Under the pieces are notes generated by a model. The model ran no database searches, was not told the DNA's origin, and saw nothing but the letters and a program-made list of their open reading frames with translations. DNA of 63,420 nucleotides, counting the filler, from Olpidium bornovanus S191 (taxonomy: Eukaryota; Fungi; Olpidiomycota): NCBI GenBank assembly GCA_017911155.1. It is 30 parts of 30 records of this genome, joined end to end, with 100 filler letters (N's around TTAATTAATTAA, not from the genome) between each part and the next. Parts side by side here need not be neighbours in the genome. Positions count along the whole stretch, not along the records: positions 55,967 to 57,783 come from JAEFCI010010079.1; positions 57,884 to 59,378 come from JAEFCI010009417.1; positions 59,479 to 63,420 come from JAEFCI010005257.1; 27 more parts are not named here. The stretch is one strand, 5' to 3'. The position numbers were made by a program, and so were the translations under genes. Positions 55,972-63,420 of the stretch are shown in pieces (position 1 is the first letter of the stretch; every line of letters begins with the position of its first letter).

Positions 55972-56805
55972 TCACCAGCCGGTCTCAGGGGCCGGCATCC
56001 TGTCGGCAGCGGGGGGCGGGGGTACGTACGCTCCAGGGGAGCCCTTGCGGTCGGAGTCATAGCCGCCATTGCTGCTGCGGCGACCGACATTCCCGTTGCG
56101 ATCCCTCGATTCGCCGCGCTTTTCACTGCCGTGGCGGTCATCGTCGCCACGGGAGCGGCGCCCGCGGTCGTCATCGCGGTCGCTGCGGTCATTGTAGCGG
56201 TCGCGGGGCGGGCTGCGGCGGCGATCGTAGCGGTCGCCGCGCGGGGATGGGCTATAGCGGCGAACAGGGGAACGGGAACCAGATCTCCTGGAATGTGGGT
56301 CGTCAGAAAAAGGATTAGAAGCGGGCGCTGATCAGGCGACATTCACACGAAGCAACTGTTGGACCCCAAGCCCCAATTTGCTCCACAAACGATCCGCACG
56401 CCTCACAGTCCCAAACGTGTGCCCAAAAAGTGTTTCTACTCACCCGCGCCTCCGCGGAGACCGATTACCAATCCTGCATAGACAAATTTTGAAAAAAAAA
56501 AGATTAAGAAACGAATCACAATCGGGCAGAGGCCGAAAGCAAACGCAGGATTGACTCAGCCGCGGATCACCTGGATCTCATCTCGGTGGCAGCTGTCCGT
56601 GATTTAAGAGCGGCAAAACGAGGTAAAATCGTTGTGGTGTAAGCATCACGTCCATCTCGCGGCACCGGGTAGCACTTTCTCGCGACTTGGCACGTCGCTG
56701 GAAAACTCGAACAGCTTGAACAAGCTTGGAGCTCGCCCGGCTTCAGATTTCCCCTCCCTCTTTTCCGCCTTCCTTTTCTCCCTCCCTTTCTCCCTCCCTC
56801 TTTTC

Positions 56806-56843
<38 letters not shown>

Positions 56844-57677
56844 GTGTTCCCCGTCTTTTTTTCTGCGGTCTCGCGAGCCTCGATATCACACAAATTCCGA
56901 GAAACAGACTCGTGCTCGAAATTGACCCGCACCGCCTTGGAAACCTCATCCCACCCCTTGGAATTCTGAGATCTCGTCATCGAGAGCGCTCGAAGTTTTG
57001 AACGACCGTTTTCAACGTACACTTTCGCCCGCCCCTAGCCCAGTCGACGGACATCTTCTGCCCGCGAAGGGTCACGTATTCGTTCTTGCGGTAGGCGAGA
57101 TCCGCGGCTTCTTCCTCGTAGAACCTGTTGCATGCGAAATGTCGGCAGTCAAGCAATAACAACGGATGGAACTGGGGACTACGAGGGCCGATAGTCGATG
57201 ACGTGGAAACGAAAGCGACAAAAAACGCAAAAAAAGGGGGAAAAAAGGATACTGGACATAGGCGAAGCCGCGGGGGGGGCCCGTGTAGAAGTCGCGGGGA
57301 ATATAAACTGTTTTTTGTTGTTGTTCCAAGCGGAGGTCCTTTTGTTAGGTTTGCCGAGGCCGCAGCTGCCAAAAAAAAAATTGCGCAAAGAGCCACTCAC
57401 CGTCTTTGACCTTGCCGTATTTTTCAAATATATCATAGAGGTCATCGGGACTTTCCGGGAGCCAAGAAAAAGAACAGCGAGGGCCGTGGGGGGCGGGAAG
57501 GCAGGGACATAACAGAGCGAGGGTGAGAAACGAACGCCCTTCGTATGCGGCGGGAAAACGGCACAGCCAGGGAAGAGGCAAAGAGAGGGAAGGGCGCGAA
57601 GGGGAAGAGGGGCGGGGTCGGGGAGGAGCTCCCCGGGAGGGACGAGGGGTCGGGGGGGGGGGGGGGGGGGGGGGGCG

Positions 57678-57716
<39 letters not shown>

Positions 57717-57725
57717 GCGGGACAT
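55972..57725 (-). CDS. SR-family splicing factor (SRSF10/12-like RRM plus RS/RD tail)
   Basis: PDDLYDIFEKYGKVKD|VYIPRDFYTGPPRGFAYVQ|FYEEEAADLA..MSVDWARGGRK, then an R/D/S-rich last exon. Confidence 0.88.
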
Positions 57726-59574
57726 CCTTCCGCGCGCGGCCGCTCCCGGCGGCACACACAAAAGTGGGGAAGAGGGGGTACACNNNNNNNNNNNNNNNNN
57801 NNNNNNNNNNNNNNNNNNNNNNNNNNNTTAATTAATTAANNNNNNNNNNNNNNNNNNNNNNNNNNNNNNNNNNNNNNNNNNNNCCATGCGCATTACCCGT
57901 CGGCGCCTCCCGGACCGGTGCCGGTTTCCTCGGCGCCGACAGGCGCGCGCGCAACAACCCGGCCAGGTGAAAAAGAAGAAGAAGAAAAAGAACGTTGTTG
58001 CGCCCGGGTCGAACTCGTCATTGCCAAGGGAACAACAAAGAAATCGCCGAAGACACCGAGCGCATCCCTCCGCGCGCCCCGCTCGAGGATGAATAATTCG
58101 ACTCTGGTGGGCATATACCCGACCGTAAGTCGGCGGCTGAAGAGTTCTCGGCTCCTGGCGTAACAAGAAAAATGGTTTGTTACACATTTTCTGTTTCTTC
58201 TTCGCCTTGCGAGCGCTGCGCATAGTTCGGGCCCTGTAGATGTTTTTATTTTCGCTGTCGGGATGTCACGGATTTCCTGCGTACATTCGGCCAATACGTG
58301 AGAGGTTTGCCGCCGCCCACACGTGCTGAGGCGTGGGATCCGTTTTTGCTGACAATCGGCCCCGGTTCTGAGGATTTGTCTGACGACGCGCGGCAGATCG
58401 GGTGTAATTAGACTCGAACGAAGAAAGGCGACGATCAAAATTAATGAGGAACTGATGCATCGGTGGAAACTGCAAGTTCGTGGGGTGTTGAGATTCCCTA
58501 AGAAGCCGAGTGGGTCCGCATCGCCAATTTCGCTGAATTCTTAGCCAGCTCTGCGGCTAAGTCGGCCAAGCGCCCCAGCCTGTGGGTCCACGCGAGTACA
58601 AGGGTTAGAGTGTACGCGCATGGTGAGTGAAGTGGCCGAAGTGTGCCGTTGCGTGTATCCAAAGGTGTGGTCATCATTGGATGAATGGCATCCCGAGTGC
58701 GCGCGCGCCGCCGTTTTGCTTGCCCGCGCCTGGCCGCTCGGTGTTCCCTCGGGCGCAAGCCGGTTATAGGCGGCGTCGGAAAATCGGTTGATTCGGTTGA
58801 GTTTTTTCTTCGTTCGCGTGGTAAATTCCCGCCGGCGTGTCCGGCGAGCCGTCCTGTCGCCAAAGTCTGTCGCCTTGCATCTCGCCGCCGGAAATTTCTC
58901 CTTTTTCCTCGGCGCACCTGCGGCAAACCGCCGGCGGGTCTGACGAACAAGCTTCGGAGTGCGCTTTTTTGCCGGAGCTTCGTGGGTACCCGACGTCGCC
59001 GAGACTTGGAAAGGTATGCCTATGCGTTTTGCTCACAGCTGAAACCGCGGCGGAGGCAGAGCGGCGGCAGTGTATTACCAGAAGAGAAAGGGGCCCGGTT
59101 CGCAACACCGCACCTAAAGAGAGGCTGGCCGGGTCATCTAACGTGGGCCCGCCGTCGCCCCAGCGGCGCGCCTGCGCCAAGGCAGCTCTCGCTCCGGCGC
59201 TGCACTCCAAGGCGCGCGAAACGGGGCGCTACGGCCGTCCCCAGCAAAGACGGGACACGAACGACCTTCGCGCGACTTGCCGGGACACTTGATTCGTCGG
59301 CCGTCCGGCCGACCGCCGCAAGGTTGAAATGCGGATCAGCCGTGTTACGTCTCCGATGGCACTAGCGCGGACCATGAANNNNNNNNNNNNNNNNNNNNNN
59401 NNNNNNNNNNNNNNNNNNNNNNTTAATTAATTAANNNNNNNNNNNNNNNNNNNNNNNNNNNNNNNNNNNNNNNNNNNNACAAAAGGGGGGGGGGGGGGGG
59501 GGCGACGGGGCGGAAGGGGGGGGAAACAGAGGGTGACCCCAAATGCCAAAGGCCCGGGGGGGGAGGCGCGGGGG

Positions 59575-59614
<40 letters not shown>

Positions 59615-59989
59615 CGCGTTTCTGCCGCGCCGACCGACCCTGCCCACCCCACCCGGTGAAACGCGCGGCCCCTCCCATCCCCGCGGCCGCACGCCCCTGT
59701 CAACCTCGCAATCATAAATCACGGAAAGGGAGAACGCCCTCCCTGAAAGAGACAAAGAGAGCGAGAGAGAGAGAGAGAGAGAGCAGAGAGAGAGAGGCAC
59801 TCTGAGCCGCTGCCCCCCCTCCCCTCCTCCCCCCCCCCCCCCCCCCTTCCGCCCGGGCCCCCCGCCACGCCGCATGCCCGATCCCCGGCGCCCGGTGCCG
59901 TGTGGCCGCAAATCAAGAACAGGCGCCCCGGTCAGCTCTCGATGGTTCGATCGGGCGGGGTCGTAAACCCACCCGCTGCAGCACGGTTG

Positions 59990-61037
59990 CAGAGATAGGA
60001 ATCTGAATAGCGGCAATAATTTCGCCCAATGTGATCTACGGCACCTGCGTACTTTGTTCCCTCCTTCGCCGTCAGCGAGGAAATCCCCTCCATGTACATC
60101 TCGTCGTCATCTTCGCTGGTAGCGTCAATGTCCTCCTTGATGTTTTCAGTCGTGACCTCCGCGTCATTGTCGACTTCCGCCTCTTCAGCGTGGCTGCAAA
60201 AAGGGCAGAAAGTTTAGGGATTGGCGGGCCGGCGCCCGCGGCGACAAAATTACTCCGTGAAACGAATGACAAAAATTCCACCCTACTCCTCGACTTTATG
60301 GACCGGTTTTTCAAACTTGAATCCCGTCGCCGTCAAAGCCCTGTCCACCAGCGAGAGCAGCACGTAGAGGACCGCGTCACCGTAACCCTGCCGTAACTTA
60401 GCGGGAGGAAAGTCGCAGGCGACGTCCGACTTCTTCAGCTGCATGACTGCTGGTCCCGCATTTTGTAGGCAAAAGCAAAGACGGTGAGCGGGCCGAAAAA
60501 AAAAAAAAAGAAAAAAAAAAATGCGGGCGGCCGCCGGAGGTTTCTTTTTTAAACCTCTTGCAAACTCGAAAACACTCAACTGATGCCGGCCGCCGTGGCG
60601 TTCGGGTCGTCGAACTGCCCGGGCATCTCGAAACCCGGTTCGCCGCAGAGCCGGATCAGCCAGGCAGAGAGGGCAGAGAAGCAGTAGAACTGCTCGTTGG
60701 GGTTAGCGGCTTGCAGGGTGAAGTAGTGGCGGGTGAGGGGCTTCAGGGACCTGCGCGGAGCGGCGGCCGGACAAAATCGTATCAGAACCGCTTTGCCCTT
60801 CCTCCGCAAGCGCCAGCACAAACGCGTCATGACGCGCGCGCCGCGGTCTCGCCTTTTTGCCGATTGACGGGGCGGCGAGTGGTGTGTGTGTGTGGGGAGG
60901 GGACGGTCGCCCCCGTCCTGTTGAACCTACGTCAGCCGGCAGAAGTCCGCTTGGTACCGGAGCAGGTTCAGCTTATCCACGAGGTCGTCGCCGGCCGAGG
61001 CGGGTAGCCCGAGTATGGGCAGTTGGGACATAGACAT
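59990..61037 (-). CDS. IFT57: Intraflagellar transport protein 57, 5' exons
   Basis: LVDKLNLLRYQADF|..PLTRHYFTLQAANPNEQFYCFSALSAWLI..QFDDPNATAAGI|..DFPPAKLRQGYGDAVLYVL..FKFEKPVH|acidic linker. Confidence 0.92.
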
Positions 61038-61426
61038 GTCTGGAACGGCAGCCCGCGGCCGCTGTGCGATCGGGGGGGGGGAAGGGGGGCGTGTTTCCAA
61101 GTCACGCGACGACGGTTTAGATCCCGAAGTGGATCTTGCGCGGTTTGGCCGTGTGGCGAAGGTTTACCGGCAAACCGAGATCGCTCGAGCCAGAGCACGT
61201 CCGGCAAGAAAGACGGCGCCGCGCTTTTCACTCTGGCGGAATGCGGTGCCGCCGCCGGGGGACGGGGAAGGTGGTTCCCGCAGGGAGGCGAAGCTGAACT
61301 GGCCGGGTCGGCTGGAAGGGAAGGGGGGCGGCGGTGGGCGGCGCGGCGGGCGATGTTATTTCCCCCTTCGCTTCTTCGCGCGTATTTCCCGCCGTCCGGG
61401 ACAAAAAGAGAGAGAAAAGCAGAAGG

Positions 61427-61462
<36 letters not shown>

Positions 61463-61554
61463 GCGTTCCTTACCGCAGAAAAAAGTCCCCGGCGCTCTCC
61501 AATACAAACAAAACAAGAGTCAGGGCGTTTTCCGAACACCGTCGTCAGCACCCG

Positions 61555-63420
61555 AGCTCTCCAGGTCCCGGGAGGACATAGACGCACTGTTCGGAGTGCA
61601 GCTAAATGAGCTTGAGGCGTGTTAGTTCCACATGTAACCTGTGGTTCCATACCCCTTCTGCCCTGATTCAGACCGTAAAGTGCTCGACGACGTCTTAAAA
61701 CTCTTTGGGTTGTTCCACGAACAGCTCCCCCTGGGGCTCTCCATTTAAGTAAGCGAGCACGACTGACTTTCCAAGATCTCCTTGCTGCCGTGGTGATGAT
61801 TGTGCGTGGCGATCATGGTGCGCAGCGCTGTTGCTGACGCCACCGGTAAAAAAGTTTCATTGTAGTCGACTCCCTTGTTTTGTGAGTAGGCTTGCGCTAT
61901 GAAATGGGCTTTAGTGCTTGGCGACATTTCCGTCAGGCTGGAGTTTCCGTTTGAAAGCCCAATTTCATTTGAGCACTCTGCGGGCAGTGCGTTGGGAGTT
62001 GCAGTGCGTTGGGCCAACTCCCAAGCTGGGAAACTTTGTAAGGTATCCATTTTGGTTTGCATTGCTCGTCGCCAGTGGTCGGCTTCTTCGCCGGTCATGG
62101 CCTCATGATACGTCTTTGGTTCTGGTTTGCCGTACGCCCAGCTGCCGTTTGCCGCGATGGAGAGGGTTCGTTTGGTTGCCTCTTCGTTCTCTTGAGACGC
62201 CACTGCATTCCTTCCCTCCTCGTCTTTTTTCCCCGGCGGGTGCGGTCAGCGTCTTCTTATCCTTTTCCTTGCGTGACGATCAGCACTCCGGTGTCATGTG
62301 TCCTAGCTTCTCGCAGTGGAAACACGTCAATTTTTATTAAAAATATTGGGCATCTTTGGTTTCGCAGTTCCGGCTCTGTTGATAGGCATCGCTTTGGACG
62401 GTTCGCTTTCGGTTTTGCCGCTCGCTATCCGACGGTTTTTCTTTGCAGCTTCCTAGATGGCGTACAAGCCGTCCAGCTTTTGGGCCATCATCATGACAGG
62501 GGTTCTCCTGCCTCCAGAAAGTCTTGTGGAACCGAAGAGCATATATGCTCTCGTCCTTTGGACAAGGGAGTTCCATATACCTAGTGTTTGAAGGTCTCAA
62601 TGAACATCGCGGGGTTGTCACTGCCGCTCTGTTGCGTCATGTCTACAAAGTTCGATATGGTTGTATGTAGGTGCTCACGTTGGTGAAAACGGGAAGTTAG
62701 TGCTCGGAAGTCTTCCCACCGCGTCCGCTGTCGACGGTTTCGCTTTTGCTACGTTCTGGCAAGGCTTTGCCACAAGGTAAAGGCTTGGCCCCTTAGCCTG
62801 TTGACGGCGAAGTCAAGGGTTTATTCGCTCCCGAAATACGCTCTCTCCGCGGCTATTTCAAGTTTGCTGACGAAACCCGTTAAGGCTGCGGCGACTCGGC
62901 TTCCCGAGTATGGTCGTATGGAACCAAGTAGGGTTTTTGCCAGTAAAGTGTTCAGTTCCCCTTTGCTTTTGTCGGGGTTGTCCCTATGGGCGTCGCTCCC
63001 ATTTTTGTGGTACGCTGCGGTGTTGAGGTTGTTGTTCAGGAACTTTTCAACTCGTTCTTTGCGAACCCGCTCCGCACGGCGGCTTCATCGCCTCCGACCT
63101 CGGGAGGCGCTGCGGTCGCTCCCGTCTCGCTTGTCTTCGCCTAGGAGCGCGGGCTCCAGCGCTCTCATGCGTTCCTCGGATCTTTTCCAGCTCCCTCCGA
63201 TCGTCTGAGGTTTGCCTCGGTCCTCGCCAGTCTCTGGCGTAGGTTCTCGACTTCCTCGTCTCGCAGTCGGTGCCCTTCGTCAATCTTGTGGCACTCCCTG
63301 AGCGCGCGGACGGAGTCAGCGGCCGTCCTTGACAACCTGGAGGTCGAGGAGGTTAGGCTGCGGGTGTCCCTGCTCCTTCCTGCTCGTCGTAGCTCGTGTA
63401 ATTCCTATGTCCCGGGCATG
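61555..63420 (-). mobile_element. Degenerate, internally deleted Ty1/copia element: gag with CCHC knuckle joined directly to RT
   Basis: KTLLGSIRPYSG..FVSKLE..AVNRLRGQAFTLW, CFHCEKLGHMTPEC, then EPKTYHEAM..KAHFIAQAYSQNKGVDYNETFLPVA, AYLNGE..EQP, ALYGLNQ..WNHRLH, SEQCVY. Several stops and frameshifts. Confidence 0.9.

Noticed and set aside
61631-61640. CATGTAACC as an LTR terminus or chimera joint
   Set aside because: The copia RT frame (WNHRLH-VELTRL..SEQCVY) continues through it.

Overview
This is not a contiguous locus. It is 30 short contigs (about 1-5 kb each) joined by 29 identical 100-bp spacers (N44-TTAATTAATTAA-N44), so gene neighbourhood across spacers means nothing. Most contigs are GC-rich, intron-containing fungal DNA from a flagellated lineage (CFAP58, IFT57 and RP2/XRP2 are present); an Olpidium-like or chytrid-like fragmented assembly is my inference. 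Recognisable, mostly partial, genes: MBIP, a PRB1-type subtilisin, an EED/LRWD1-like WD40 protein, a SMAP-domain/KNOP1-like protein, CFAP58, a DHX40-like helicase tail, BET1, an ARMC5-like BTB protein, SmB, XRP2, a G-alpha, COP1, an MFSD1-like transporter, MRPL31, a NOL8-like RRM protein, CPA2, TFIIIC tau95, LSM8, an SRSF10-like protein and IFT57. There are many nested LTR-retroelement remnants: Ty1/copia elements with short LTRs and a half-tRNA-iMet-type PBS, two solo LTRs with perfect 5-bp TSDs, and a 119-bp-LTR TRIM-like element flanked by CATG. Two segments look bacterial: a murC-murB operon piece fused to unrelated GC-rich DNA at a CATG, and a Tat-signal cadherin-like/SGNH protein. The best biological lead is an intron-containing gene for a bacterial-type 3D (MltA-like) peptidoglycan-hydrolase domain. 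Contig ends are strongly enriched for CATG, which points to a library artefact or to a CATG-targeting element. I found no CRISPR array, rRNA or tRNA, and no multi-gene novel system that can be supported from this window.
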